The notes under the pieces were generated by a model. The model searched no databases. It was not told where the DNA came from and saw nothing but the letters and a program-made list of their open reading frames with translations. Made by a program: the position numbers and the translations under genes. From sequence record LC768500.1: DNA of 64,000 bases. One strand, given 5' to 3'. The stretch is from Klebsiella phage phiKp_32. Positions 10,305 to 20,540 of this stretch are shown here, one piece after another. How positions within the stretch are numbered: the first letter of the stretch is position 1; every line of letters starts with the position of its first letter.

Positions 10305-12779
10305 ATGATCGTTAAGCTGATATTAAAAGGTTACATTCCTTTGAACACCAAAGGAGTAGAATATTTTGAGACGGATCAATTGGGCTTAATGAATATCCTG
10401 ATTGGACGCAATGGGCATGGGAAGAGTTCCATACTCAACGAGGCGTCGCCGATGCCTCCTGAAAACGCCGACTATGTAGAAGACGGCTATAAATACGTCG
10501 AAATAATTAATAAGGGAAAACGGTATTATTTGGAATCTTTCACGGGATCAAAAAGCAAACACTCGTTTAAAGATTCAGAAGGTAACGAACTCAACTCAGG
10601 CGGTACCCAAGCGGTACAAAAAGAACTGGTCAAACAGTATTTTGACCTCACTCCGTTGTACTTTAAAGTTCTTACCGCAATCAATGAAAACTATCGTTTC
10701 ACAGCACTAGGCGTGGCGGAAAGAAAGTTCCTCTTAATGGACCTCTACCCTAACGATACCAAATACGCGCTGATTGTCTATAACAAAATCAAATCAGCGT
10801 ATAGCGATACCGTAGGGGCGTTAAAGAACCAAAGTCAGAGATTGATTGAGGAACAGCAACGCGTAAGTGCTTTAGGAGGAAAAACCAAAGAAGAACTCCT
10901 CCACGATATCTCTCAGCTCGATAAACGTATTAACGAAATCGTTTACCTGCAAGGCGAACTCAACGGAACAGCTAACGTTAGTGGCGATCTTCGTTTAGAA
11001 ATTGAGGATTTCAATAGTAAAGTAAAATCCTTGCTCGTGATGGGGATGACCACAGGGACGCTGTCACGTCAACAGTTAATAGCGAGCATTGAGAGTTTAA
11101 AAGCTTCGTTGGTTTATCACGAAACCCAGCAGAAGATGTATCAGACGCAACTGAATGATATTTCCTCTGCGATGAGCGGACTGGAGTTGAAAGACCACGA
11201 CCCTAAACAATTTGAAACACAACTGTTGGATCTCGAGTATCGTCATGCCGTACTCGAAACAGTATTGAACGACTCGGAAGAACTCATCAAACGAGAACCG
11301 TTTATATCTGAACACCGGGAACGGCTAATTAACCTCGCTCCTGGTTTTAGAACCTTGATAGATCGGATAAACTTAATCCCCCTTTGTTCTAATCCAGAGT
11401 TAACCACGAGCCAGTACCAAAACTGGTTAGACAAGTCCGAACAGATTTTTAACGAAGGTAAACAATCCAGGGTTGAGTTGGAACACGTCCAACATCAACT
11501 CAAACATTATCGTGATGCTTCAGAAGTCCAGTGTCCTGAATGCTCTTCTCAGTTTAAACCTGGGTTCGATAAGACCTACGAATCTAAATTGATTAAACAG
11601 GAAGATGGATTAAAATCGACCATCGCTCACCTAACGAGTAAGTATAAGCAATACAAACAAACCCTCGCTTTGGATCAAGAATGGTTCAGTCAAATGAGGG
11701 CTTTGGAACAGTACGTAGAAAGCAGTCATGAAGCGAAATTCTTGCTTCATCTGTTAAGCGAGTATAAGGTAGGTTATGAACCAGCCGATAGGCTCATAAA
11801 CATCATTAAAACGCTCGCTACGACGCTGGATTATAAGAAACAACAGGATGCCTTGACCGAAGAAATAAACGTCTTAAAAACCCGTATAAACGTGTTTAAA
11901 ACGAATAATATGGAAGAGGCTCTGGCCGCGTACTCACTCAGCGAAGAAAGGCTGGGTGATAGTAATCGTGCAATTCGTCGTTGTATGGCATTGTTGAGGG
12001 AACACCAGAAGACCTTAAAGGATTATGACGCTTACGAAATAACGATTGACGCGATCAGAGAAGGGCAAGCAAGAATCCTCGACTTATTACGGGATGAGGG
12101 TAAGGTAAGTTTGCATAGGAGACTCAACGAAGTAATGTCAAGTCTTCTCCCTCAGAAAGATGAAGTCATGTCTCTGATGATCAGACAGGAGTCGTTAAAG
12201 ACTCTGGTCGAGTCTATCGAAGATAACATCGCGAACCTTAAGAAAAGACAATCTGATCTTAAGATCTTGATGGACGGACTCTGCCCTAAGAAAGGATACA
12301 TCGGGGAATTGATGAAGGACTTTATTACCGCAATTTGTGCGAATATGAATGCGGTAATACGGGACATATGGAGCACGCCTCTCTTTGTTAAACCGTGTGT
12401 TAATAAGAAAGGTGAAATGGATTATAACTTCCCAGTTATTAATGGCGACTCTAGCAGAACAGCTTCTGACGTGGCTAAATGTAGCGGGGGAGAAAAGGAG
12501 ATTATTAACTTCGCATTTCGGTTAGTTGTCTCTCGGTACGTGAAATACGACAGCCCTCTTTTCTTGGACGAGGTTGGCGTTAACATGGACGAATACCACC
12601 GTGGTCGCTTCTTTGATTATGTCAAACGACTGATGGCGACGGGTAAGATCGATCAATGTTTTATGATCAGTCATTACTCTTCACAATACGGACTTATGGA
12701 CAACGCTAACATTATTGCTTTAAATACAGAAGGTTTAACGGTTCCCCCTAACGTCAATCTCAGTACAACGATAAGGTAA
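10305..12779 (+). CDS. sbcC: Rad50/SbcC-family recombination ATPase (T4 gp46-like)
   Basis: N-terminal Walker A GRNGHGKSS; long coiled coils; central CPEC zinc-hook motif; C-terminal ABC signature CSGGEKE; Walker B LFLDE; H-loop ISHYS. Start moved to ATG 10305 (MIVKL). Confidence 0.8.
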   Translation: MIVKLILKGYIPLNTKGVEYFETDQLGLMNILIGRNGHGKSSILNEASPMPPENADYVEDGYKYVEIINKGKRYYLESFTGSKSKHSFKDSEGNELNSGGTQAVQKELVKQYFDLTPLYFKVLTAINENYRFTALGVAERKFLLMDLYPNDTKYALIVYNKIKSAYSDTVGALKNQSQRLIEEQQRVSALGGKTKEELLHDISQLDKRINEIVYLQGELNGTANVSGDLRLEIEDFNSKVKSLLVMGMTTGTLSRQQLIASIESLKASLVYHETQQKMYQTQLNDISSAMSGLELKDHDPKQFETQLLDLEYRHAVLETVLNDSEELIKREPFISEHRERLINLAPGFRTLIDRINLIPLCSNPELTTSQYQNWLDKSEQIFNEGKQSRVELEHVQHQLKHYRDASEVQCPECSSQFKPGFDKTYESKLIKQEDGLKSTIAHLTSKYKQYKQTLALDQEWFSQMRALEQYVESSHEAKFLLHLLSEYKVGYEPADRLINIIKTLATTLDYKKQQDALTEEINVLKTRINVFKTNNMEEALAAYSLSEERLGDSNRAIRRCMALLREHQKTLKDYDAYEITIDAIREGQARILDLLRDEGKVSLHRRLNEVMSSLLPQKDEVMSLMIRQESLKTLVESIEDNIANLKKRQSDLKILMDGLCPKKGYIGELMKDFITAICANMNAVIRDIWSTPLFVKPCVNKKGEMDYNFPVINGDSSRTASDVAKCSGGEKEIINFAFRLVVSRYVKYDSPLFLDEVGVNMDEYHRGRFFDYVKRLMATGKIDQCFMISHYSSQYGLMDNANIIALNTEGLTVPPNVNLSTTIR

Positions 12780-12783
12780 TACC

Positions 12784-13068
12784 ATGTTGACCTTTACTAC
12801 CACGGTGCGTAATAAAGCCGACAAGCTCGCAGCGGAACTCGATAAGGTTATCAGTAACTCATCGATAAACACCCGTAAAGCGACTTGGTTATTGCGTTAC
12901 GCCAATGTCATTAACTACGCAAACGTCAATGGATTAAAATTAGTTGAATTCAATACCAGAGCCGAAACTATTCGCAAATGGATAGCCACAGGACATGTTT
13001 TCTTTGAGGGTAACAAAGCCATCTCTCTTGAAGAAATCGGTATGGATTTCAACTCCGGCCGCCGGTAA
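12784..13068 (+). CDS. Hypothetical protein (94 aa)
   Basis: ORF with RBS aagg, tightly packed after the Rad50-like gene. Confidence 0.5.
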   Translation: MLTFTTTVRNKADKLAAELDKVISNSSINTRKATWLLRYANVINYANVNGLKLVEFNTRAETIRKWIATGHVFFEGNKAISLEEIGMDFNSGRR

Positions 13069-13101
13069 AATAAGACAGATCTATATCATATTTAGAGAAC
13101 C

Positions 13102-13142
13102 GTGAAGGGTGTCTCATTTTCTCTTACACCCTTCACTTTTTT
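13102..13142 (+). terminator. Rho-independent terminator
   Basis: gtgaagggtg / cacccttcac stem followed by tttttt. Confidence 0.6.
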
Positions 13143-13161
13143 ACTACGAGGAAATGAAAAA

Positions 13162-13830
13162 ATGAAGACCGTTTTTGGTTTAATGTTCGTTCTTATCATG
13201 GGGATAAGCAATGCACTCGCATCCGTGAGTTCGTCTCAATCAGACTATCACTACTTTAATAAACAGAAAGGTTATATTTTTGAAGCGTCTAAACTAACAG
13301 GGGTTTCTCCTGAATTAGTCACAGCCATAGGGTCCATCGAAAGTGGATTAGGTCGTAATAAGGTCAACAAATATTCTAAAGTCAAAGGTGTGATGCAAAC
13401 CACCAAGCGGACTTATAACTCTAACCTCAAGAAACACCACGAAAGACTTGGGTTATCTCCTAACGCTTCTATCAAAAACGATAGAGCAAATATCTTAGTT
13501 GCTACCGCAGCATTAGCAGATAACAAACGTTACTTAGAGAAAGTCACGAATAAAAAAATCACAGATGGGGATGTGTTCATTTCCCATCTGGTAGGTTTAG
13601 GTGGTGCAGCTAAAATAATTAAAGGTAAACCTAACGCCCCTATAAGCCGTTATATCACGCTTCATAAAGGGAACATGCGACTCTATACTGACAAAGGACG
13701 GGTATTGACCGTGGCGCAGTTTAGGAGGAGTATGGATCGGTTGGTAAAGAAAGAAAGCGCGAAGTATGCCGTGGTTATCAATCAGAACAAGTTGGATCGT
13801 TTGATAACAGCTGTCGCGTATAATCAATAA
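13162..13830 (+). CDS. Secreted lytic transglycosylase (SLT domain)
   Basis: N-terminal signal peptide MKTVFGLMFVLIMGISNALA. Catalytic E-S...G[LV]MQ motif (SIESGL...KGVMQTT). Start refined to ATG 13162. Confidence 0.7.
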   Translation: MKTVFGLMFVLIMGISNALASVSSSQSDYHYFNKQKGYIFEASKLTGVSPELVTAIGSIESGLGRNKVNKYSKVKGVMQTTKRTYNSNLKKHHERLGLSPNASIKNDRANILVATAALADNKRYLEKVTNKKITDGDVFISHLVGLGGAAKIIKGKPNAPISRYITLHKGNMRLYTDKGRVLTVAQFRRSMDRLVKKESAKYAVVINQNKLDRLITAVAYNQ

Positions 13831-13872
13831 ATTTCCACCGATCGAATCCTTTATATAGGAGGATGTTTACTG

Positions 13873-13906
13873 TGGGTTGAGCGTGGTAACTTAACCCACT
13901 CTTTTT
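13873..13906 (+). terminator. Possible terminator
   Basis: gtgggtt ... aacccac stem with a long loop, followed by tcttttt. Confidence 0.4.
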
Positions 13907-13920
13907 AAAGAGGCAGTATT

Positions 13921-14178
13921 GTGAACAAGACAATGCAATTTTCCCTTAACGACAAAGGGGTTTTAGTGCAAGACGACAACGGTAACATTCCCGTTCAAAT
14001 TATTGAAAATCAGACTGAGGACGGGCGTAAAACAGCCGCTATCGTATTCGGTGGAGAAACCCAAGGTTTCGCTTGTTTCGATTCTAATCAGAATAAACCG
14101 ATAAGCGTAATCCCCTCCAAACCGTTTCAAGATCCAAATCTCGATGAATCGCTGTACAATATTTGTAAAGCCATCTGA
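13921..14178 (+). CDS. Hypothetical protein (85 aa)
   Basis: ORF with GTG start and an upstream agagg. Confidence 0.45.
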   Translation: MNKTMQFSLNDKGVLVQDDNGNIPVQIIENQTEDGRKTAAIVFGGETQGFACFDSNQNKPISVIPSKPFQDPNLDESLYNICKAI

Positions 14179-14183
14179 TTTAA

Positions 14184-14206
14184 TAGGGGAGGTTCTTCCT
14201 CCCCTA
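14184..14206 (+). terminator. Stem-loop terminator
   Basis: taggggagg-ttctt-cctccccta. Confidence 0.5.
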
Positions 14207-14237
14207 TCCCTTATACCGCATTTTCGGAATTCTAAGA

Positions 14238-14648
14238 ATGAATAAAAATGAAATTATTGACCTCCGTTTTGGTCGCAGCGAATTCAAAGTCAATGGGTAT
14301 TTCGTAGCCTTTACCGCCGGGATGACTAAGCAATTCGGTAGGGTTGTTAAAATCGAATTTAAAATTAAAAACTCTGCCTCTCGTTTTAGGCTGATCGCTC
14401 ACGCATTGACGGTTATTGAAGAAACCGATCTCATTCTTTTGCATGGCGGAGATTCAAATATTATGGAATTTGTGCTCGACGCCTGTGAGCAAAGCAAGAG
14501 TATTGTTGAATACGGCGGTGAGCAGTTCGAAGCCTTTAATGTTTTGGAACGTGCCATCAAAGAAGACCCCGTTAATTGGGAACGGATGTTAAGTAAAGTG
14601 CAGTCGTCCTTGTTAACTAATAGTCCTTTGAGACAACATTATCACTGA
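14238..14648 (+). CDS. Hypothetical protein (136 aa)
   Basis: ORF. Confidence 0.45.
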   Translation: MNKNEIIDLRFGRSEFKVNGYFVAFTAGMTKQFGRVVKIEFKIKNSASRFRLIAHALTVIEETDLILLHGGDSNIMEFVLDACEQSKSIVEYGGEQFEAFNVLERAIKEDPVNWERMLSKVQSSLLTNSPLRQHYH

Positions 14649-14667
14649 CTTTAGATGGGAGTGTGCT

Positions 14668-15138
14668 ATGGATACGACGGTTGCTTCAGAGATACCATTA
14701 GATCAGACCCCTCAGTACGCAGACGATGTAGAGTGCACGGATGCGTATATTTTTGAAACCGACGAAGACGGAATAGGGTTAGAGCTAGCGTTGTTCTCAC
14801 CCTTACCTGATAGCTTTACTCCCGTATTAAGAATGGCTCTGGTCAAGTTGGATACCGCTATGCCTATTGACGGTATAGAGGGTTTATACCGGGATCTTGA
14901 CCAGACATTTGTAAACAATTACATGACAGGGTATCTGGAAGATGATTTCGAACGCTTCTTTATCCATTTAGCAGAGCATCTGGAAAGACATGGTGGGGAT
15001 ACCCACCCGGCGATGATTGCGACAATTGAACAGATAGCCTGCATGACTGAGATCTACGAGCTAAAGGATTTCAGAGAGTTCATTTACGGCGTGACCGTTA
15101 TGGTCAAACTCTTTAATCCAGAACCCACCATCCACTAA
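14668..15138 (+). CDS. Hypothetical acidic protein (156 aa)
   Basis: ORF with RBS gggag. Confidence 0.5.
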   Translation: MDTTVASEIPLDQTPQYADDVECTDAYIFETDEDGIGLELALFSPLPDSFTPVLRMALVKLDTAMPIDGIEGLYRDLDQTFVNNYMTGYLEDDFERFFIHLAEHLERHGGDTHPAMIATIEQIACMTEIYELKDFREFIYGVTVMVKLFNPEPTIH

Positions 15139-15146
15139 AGGTTTTT

Positions 15147-15773
15147 ATGGACACCAAATCCCCGGATTTTTATTTTGATCTAGACGACACCCTGACCGGC
15201 ACCAACCCTTATTTATATCGCCGCGCTAAAACGTTTACTAAGCTGAATGGAGAACATGACGTTCACGACGTTCTCGTTCAATCAGAAAAGAATGGATTAA
15301 CGACCCTACAACTACCTAAACCAATAGGTGATTACATTTTTACCCACTTCCTGGAAGACGGTAACTTTATGTTATCGGTTAACCGGTCTCCGTTATTAGA
15401 AGGGAATCTGGACGCTTTTATTTGCTTGCTTAAAACGATAAGAGCCAAAGGTGGGAAGGTAGGTGTTTGTACTCATCGCGGGTTTCATCCCAAAGCCAAG
15501 TCCTACTCCGAATATTGGCTGGACGTCAATATTGGAATGAAACATTTTGACGAAGTCCATGTCCTCGACCCCAAGGTTCATCCTGATAAGTTGAAGTACC
15601 TCGAGACACAGTCAGAATCCTTTAAGTTGGTTGACGATAATCCGTTCCATGATTTGAACAAAGTTCATGCCAGAGATAATCGAATCTTGCATTATAACGG
15701 GATTTCCGATTACTCGGGTTACCGCTTTCAACGCAAAGTCAAATCCGTTTCTGATATCATGCAATTGCTTTAA
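15147..15773 (+). CDS. HAD-superfamily phosphatase or nucleotidase
   Basis: N-terminal HAD motif I FYFDLDDTLTG (DxDxT). Confidence 0.6.
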   Translation: MDTKSPDFYFDLDDTLTGTNPYLYRRAKTFTKLNGEHDVHDVLVQSEKNGLTTLQLPKPIGDYIFTHFLEDGNFMLSVNRSPLLEGNLDAFICLLKTIRAKGGKVGVCTHRGFHPKAKSYSEYWLDVNIGMKHFDEVHVLDPKVHPDKLKYLETQSESFKLVDDNPFHDLNKVHARDNRILHYNGISDYSGYRFQRKVKSVSDIMQLL

Positions 15774-15850
15774 ATTTAAACGACACCTACTATCTCTTGG
15801 GAAACCAAGAGATAGTAAAACCACTTTTTTGCATTTAGGAAATTTTTACC

Positions 15851-17755
15851 ATGAGAGAGCAACTAGCTGAACAAATCAAGTATCATAATAAACGTTATTT
15901 TTTAGATAACGATCCGGAAATATCCGACGATCAATACGACGAATTAAAACGGCAATACGACGCGTTGGGTGGTAATAAAAGTTCTTCCCCCGTCTTGTTA
16001 GACATGGAGGGGAGTGCTCTGCACAAGGTAGGGTTAGACATCCCCATGTTATCTTTATCTAAGAAATTGAACTTATCGGAATACGAAGCCTGGGAATCCG
16101 ATTACGAAGATAAGGATAAGTATCATTCTTACAAACTGGACGGTCTGGCGATTGAAGCCTGTTACGAGTTTGGTTTGTTAACTAAGCTCCGTACACGAGG
16201 AGATGGGCTAACTGGCGAAGATATCTTAGATAATGCCGGGGTTTTCTCACCAGATCAGCTCCCTTTAGAAAATCCGGCTTTAAAGGATTTTCACCGGGTT
16301 TGGTTACGAGGGGAAGGGTACGTCAGACTGGACGATCTGGTTGTTATCAATGAGATCAACGCCAAGACTTATCCCAATTGTCGTAGTGCGGCATCGGGCC
16401 TTATTCGTAGAAATCCAAAAGACAACGAAGATCTGGCAGGTAAGATTTCTTATAACGTTTATTGGTGCAGTGAACGTTTCGGTTTAGAGACTTACTCCGC
16501 CGTTATGGATAAACTCCGTGACTTCGGTTTCAGTACTGCCCCGGAATGTCAGTATGAAGACATTGTCAATAATAACCGTCCCCCACTTCTTCCTACTGAC
16601 GGAATCGTTTCCGTTATCGATAGTTTTTCTGATCAAGATGAATTGGGTTCGACTAACGAATATCCTCGCTGGGGAGTGGCATATAAGTTCCCTCCGGAGC
16701 AAGCGGAAACCATCGCTGAAAACGTTTCATGGGAAACGGGTAGAACGGGACGAGTCACCCCAGTTCTCACTTATAAGGCGGTTACGTTAGGCGGTAATAC
16801 AAACACGGAATGTTCTTTGTTCAACTATCGTCATTTTATCAAAACCGGGGTACGTAAAGGGAGTCGGATCATCATCGCCCGTAACGGTGACGTCATTCCT
16901 TATTTCGTTAGGGTTGTAGAAGCCGGATTAGGCGATGAGTTTAAAACCCCTAAAGTCTGTCCGTCGTGTTCGTCCATTCTGATGTATGAAGGGAAAGACG
17001 AGAAGAACATCTTCTTAACCTGTAAAAATACCGCGGATTGTCCAGCGCAGCATATCCAGCGATTCATTAATTTTGTCAGTCGTAAGGGATTGGATATCAA
17101 AGGTTACGGCGATAAGATGATGGAGAAGCACGTCGGGGAAGGGAAAGTCAGTACGCTTTCTGACATTCTTAACTTAGGAGAAATCCTTTCAGGGGAGGGT
17201 TTGGATAGGAATACTGAGAAGGTTATTGAGAAACTCAATAACTTAGGAAGTTACCCGGCATATAAGGTACTGGGTGCTTTGGGTATTCCTGGTGTCGCCG
17301 AAGGAACAGCTAAACTCATTACCGCTCAAGTCGGCAGTGTGGAAGATCTAATCGCTCTGCTTAAAGACGTTAAACGTTTGCTGGAGATTGAAGGTGTTGG
17401 AGTGAGTACCGTAAATGAGATCCAATCGTTTTTAAGTAACCCGGCTCTTTTTACGGATGTCGAAAACGTACTGAATAAACTCACATTAACATTTGAAAAA
17501 GGACAAGAACACGATATCAAAGTTTGTGTTACCGGGGGGTTATCCATTCCGAGAAAAGCAGCAGAAGAGAAGTTCAATCTTTCTGGGATTGAGTTACTGG
17601 ACGGTGTAACTAAAAAGATGGATGTTCTCGTCTTCGCACCTGGAGGGAGTCAGGGTAAGAAGGATAAAGCTATCGCCATGAATAAAGTGGTTATAGAAGC
17701 AACCGACGTTCACACTGTAGAACAAATTATCGATCAAATATTAACAGCCATTTAG
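15851..17755 (+). CDS. ligA: NAD+-dependent DNA ligase
   Basis: Adenylation motif KxDG (SYKLDGLAIE); Zn-finger cysteines CPSCSS...CKNTADCPAQ; C-terminal BRCT-like region. 634 aa. Confidence 0.85.
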   Translation: MREQLAEQIKYHNKRYFLDNDPEISDDQYDELKRQYDALGGNKSSSPVLLDMEGSALHKVGLDIPMLSLSKKLNLSEYEAWESDYEDKDKYHSYKLDGLAIEACYEFGLLTKLRTRGDGLTGEDILDNAGVFSPDQLPLENPALKDFHRVWLRGEGYVRLDDLVVINEINAKTYPNCRSAASGLIRRNPKDNEDLAGKISYNVYWCSERFGLETYSAVMDKLRDFGFSTAPECQYEDIVNNNRPPLLPTDGIVSVIDSFSDQDELGSTNEYPRWGVAYKFPPEQAETIAENVSWETGRTGRVTPVLTYKAVTLGGNTNTECSLFNYRHFIKTGVRKGSRIIIARNGDVIPYFVRVVEAGLGDEFKTPKVCPSCSSILMYEGKDEKNIFLTCKNTADCPAQHIQRFINFVSRKGLDIKGYGDKMMEKHVGEGKVSTLSDILNLGEILSGEGLDRNTEKVIEKLNNLGSYPAYKVLGALGIPGVAEGTAKLITAQVGSVEDLIALLKDVKRLLEIEGVGVSTVNEIQSFLSNPALFTDVENVLNKLTLTFEKGQEHDIKVCVTGGLSIPRKAAEEKFNLSGIELLDGVTKKMDVLVFAPGGSQGKKDKAIAMNKVVIEATDVHTVEQIIDQILTAI

Positions 17756-17765
17756 GAGAAAAGCA

Positions 17766-18092
17766 ATGCGAATTATTAAAATCGTAACTGTTTTTGTAGA
17801 TGCGACTATGGAGGAGATCAAAGCGATCGTGAAACAACACGTCGATCGTAATTTATACGAAGATCATATCCTCGAATACAAAGAAGGTTCGGCCGTTTTC
17901 TTGGTTGCCGAAAACCAAGCTGGATTGGTTGCGACCTCTTTGCAAGGCGCTTTCGATAATTCGGAATACATGCCTCGCTCTACGTTAACGGATACTGACA
18001 AGGGATTGATCGTATTGCGTTACACCAAACTCACTGGGGACCTGCGCGCTTCTAACGGTACTCGTAATCAAGCCAAAGCCATGTTTAACTAA
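17766..18092 (+). CDS. Hypothetical protein (108 aa)
   Basis: ORF with RBS aggag. Confidence 0.5.
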   Translation: MRIIKIVTVFVDATMEEIKAIVKQHVDRNLYEDHILEYKEGSAVFLVAENQAGLVATSLQGAFDNSEYMPRSTLTDTDKGLIVLRYTKLTGDLRASNGTRNQAKAMFN

Positions 18093-18107
18093 TTGGATAT
18101 CGACAAA

Positions 18108-19355
18108 ATGACCAAAGAAACTAAAGTAGAGAAAAAAGAAGCAGGCGTTTTTAAACTTAAAGAGAAACAGATACAGGTTGCTAATCCTAAACGTGATTAT
18201 CATCTGATGATCGACGGAGAAGATAAAACTTCCGAATTAGTTGACGTGGATAAAGCGGGCATGGACGATTTCCAATTTCGGTTCGGATTCTTTATGTACA
18301 TCCGCGATAAAAACAAGAAGCTAAAAAGACTCTTTGAATACGGTTCTGCTGAGGGTTTGAAAGAGTTTACGTTTAAGCAATCTGATAAAGAATATCGGAT
18401 CGTTTTAGGTAAAGGGTCCTCTGTGACGCTTGAGACTAAATCTGGCGGTAGGATGTTCGACGAGGACTTCATGCCCATGGGAGAGGACGTCTCAGTGAAC
18501 GATTACCGATTACGTGATGCGTTCCACCCCTCTTTTAACCTTAAACCTGAGACAGGAAACAAAACTACTCTGGTAGTTCTTAACTCCACTGTTTCACTCA
18601 AATATGTTTACGGGATTAATCTCGTTATCAATCAGGATATCACAGAAGGAACGCTGATATCCTCCTATGTTTACAATTCTCGGTATTCGGATTACCATAA
18701 GCTGGTTAACCCGACCATTGTGCGGTCAGAGATTGATGAAGGGTCGTTATCCGAATCACCTTATATTGTAAAAAGTGTTATTCGTGACTCCGGACTGAGA
18801 GGAAAGAGGGTTTCCGTCGTCAACTCTGTGTTTCTTAAAACCAGAATTAATGCCGAAGGTGGGATCACAGCAAGTAAAGTTAGTTTAGAAAACTCCAACA
18901 TCAGCTCCAGAAGTTCTAACGTAGATTTCGACGGGAGCTCTTTCAACGTTTACTCAGGCGTACAGCTTAATACGGTCGCCGGCGTTCTAATCAAACGTAA
19001 AGTAGATTTTTTAGAGTACTCCATCGGTGATGTCACTCTGATAGCGGTACGTAAAGGCGGGCTTTATCCTCGCACCTATGAATCCGACAAGGGTGTTGAA
19101 ATGATTATCTCGACACCTTATCGTTACGTCGATGTTAGGGACGAAATTGTTGTTAGAGAGAAAGATTCCCGCAGTGAAATCACGGCTAAAGTAGCTAAGC
19201 TCATTTTCAATAGGGATACTGAACAGACTATTTATCAGGGTCCGTTCCAGAGTAACACTGTGGAGTCGACTATCGTTGAATCTTTCTCCGACGCCATTAT
19301 GTCCAGACTTCGTCTGTTGGGGATGATTGATACAGCTTTAAGTGTGGGGATTTAA
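18108..19355 (+). CDS. Hypothetical protein (about 415 aa)
   Basis: Long ORF. ATG at 18108 preferred over the TTG at 18093. Confidence 0.55.
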   Translation: MTKETKVEKKEAGVFKLKEKQIQVANPKRDYHLMIDGEDKTSELVDVDKAGMDDFQFRFGFFMYIRDKNKKLKRLFEYGSAEGLKEFTFKQSDKEYRIVLGKGSSVTLETKSGGRMFDEDFMPMGEDVSVNDYRLRDAFHPSFNLKPETGNKTTLVVLNSTVSLKYVYGINLVINQDITEGTLISSYVYNSRYSDYHKLVNPTIVRSEIDEGSLSESPYIVKSVIRDSGLRGKRVSVVNSVFLKTRINAEGGITASKVSLENSNISSRSSNVDFDGSSFNVYSGVQLNTVAGVLIKRKVDFLEYSIGDVTLIAVRKGGLYPRTYESDKGVEMIISTPYRYVDVRDEIVVREKDSRSEITAKVAKLIFNRDTEQTIYQGPFQSNTVESTIVESFSDAIMSRLRLLGMIDTALSVGI

Positions 19356-19358
19356 ATC

Positions 19359-19964
19359 ATGTTAAAAATTCGTTTCGAAGAATTAAAGACGTTTAACAAA
19401 CTCATTGTTAACGACTTTACCATTAAGGTCGATAAAGGTCACGAGAACCTCCCTGCTGAGCTTTACGAAGGTAAGACGCTCATTGCTACAATACCGACAA
19501 CAAAATCGTCCTCAGGCGTTCCTATTAAGCCTATGGGGTTGTTCCCGTTTGTTACTTTAATGGCCATGGGTGGGGCTATTATCAGTCAACAGAAAGAAGG
19601 GGTCTTTGATAAACTCCAGGGTTTATCCGAAGAGATCTTTTCTCAAGTAATCCATCGACAAACGATGGGAGAGCAGTTCTGCGACGATCCTAAGAATCAC
19701 AAGTACCTTCGTGTGTGCTTGGATAATGGGGCGTGGTCAACTGAGAAGGAAATCCAACCCGGTATTTTTGTGAATAACGAGTTTTACGTGTCGTCCAACG
19801 TTAATTCGAAAAATCAACGTTTTATGAAGGTTATTTCTATAACCGACGTCGCCTCCCCTAATCGTAAAAATATCGTTAGGCAGGAACTCCGTCAGGTTTA
19901 CGTCTTCACTGTACCGTTTGGGGAATTCGGATTTAAACACGAATTGGTCCAGTCGATTAAGTAA
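19359..19964 (+). CDS. Hypothetical protein (201 aa)
   Basis: ORF packed 3 nt after the upstream stop. Confidence 0.55.
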   Translation: MLKIRFEELKTFNKLIVNDFTIKVDKGHENLPAELYEGKTLIATIPTTKSSSGVPIKPMGLFPFVTLMAMGGAIISQQKEGVFDKLQGLSEEIFSQVIHRQTMGEQFCDDPKNHKYLRVCLDNGAWSTEKEIQPGIFVNNEFYVSSNVNSKNQRFMKVISITDVASPNRKNIVRQELRQVYVFTVPFGEFGFKHELVQSIK

Positions 19965-19971
19965 CGTTGAG

Positions 19972-19993
19972 AGGGGAGATTAAGTTCTCCCCT
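19972..19993 (+). terminator. Stem-loop terminator
   Basis: aggggaga-ttaagt-tctcccct. Confidence 0.5.
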
Positions 19994-20016
19994 ATTTAAC
20001 CAACGAGGATAAGATT

Positions 20017-20538
20017 TTGGATCAAATTACTATTTACACCGATGGTAGCTGTCTTGAGAATAGCGCGGCCGGAGGACCGGGAGGATGGGCGTACATTATC
20101 GTAGGCAAGGATGAAAAATATTCGATAGAGCAAAACAAAGGTTATTTTAAAACCACAAATAACCGAATGGAAATGATGGCGTGTTTAGAAGCGTTATTGG
20201 AGTTCGATTACCCGAAAAGAATTATCATTCATACCGATAGCCAATATCTCATCGACGGGATGACTAAATGGATTTACGGTTGGAGAAAAAGGAATTGGGT
20301 GACGGGTTACGGAGAAGCAGTTAAAAACAAAGACCTTTGGCAGGCGTTGATTGACGCCAGTAAGTTTCACAAAGTCACCTACGTGAAAGTTAGAGCGCAT
20401 AATGGTGATAAGTACAATGAGCGATGCGATGTTCTCGCTAAAGAAGCGGCGAGAAACCCAGAGCTTGATGACGTAGGATTTGTTCCCGTACACAACCCAC
20501 CCAAAATTAAATATCCTTATTACTTTAGGAAAAGATAA
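20017..20538 (+). CDS. rnhA: Ribonuclease HI
   Basis: TDGSC..N..GG.G.W, TNNRME, HTDSQY and ERCD motifs are collinear with E. coli RnhA. TTG start with RBS gagga. Confidence 0.85.
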   Translation: MDQITIYTDGSCLENSAAGGPGGWAYIIVGKDEKYSIEQNKGYFKTTNNRMEMMACLEALLEFDYPKRIIIHTDSQYLIDGMTKWIYGWRKRNWVTGYGEAVKNKDLWQALIDASKFHKVTYVKVRAHNGDKYNERCDVLAKEAARNPELDDVGFVPVHNPPKIKYPYYFRKR

Positions 20539-20540
20539 TC

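Noticed and set aside
19359-19964. HslV-like protease partner for the HslU homologue among the neighbouring ORFs.
   Set aside because: None of the adjacent proteins starts with the TTIV N-terminal Thr nucleophile motif or has HslV length or composition.
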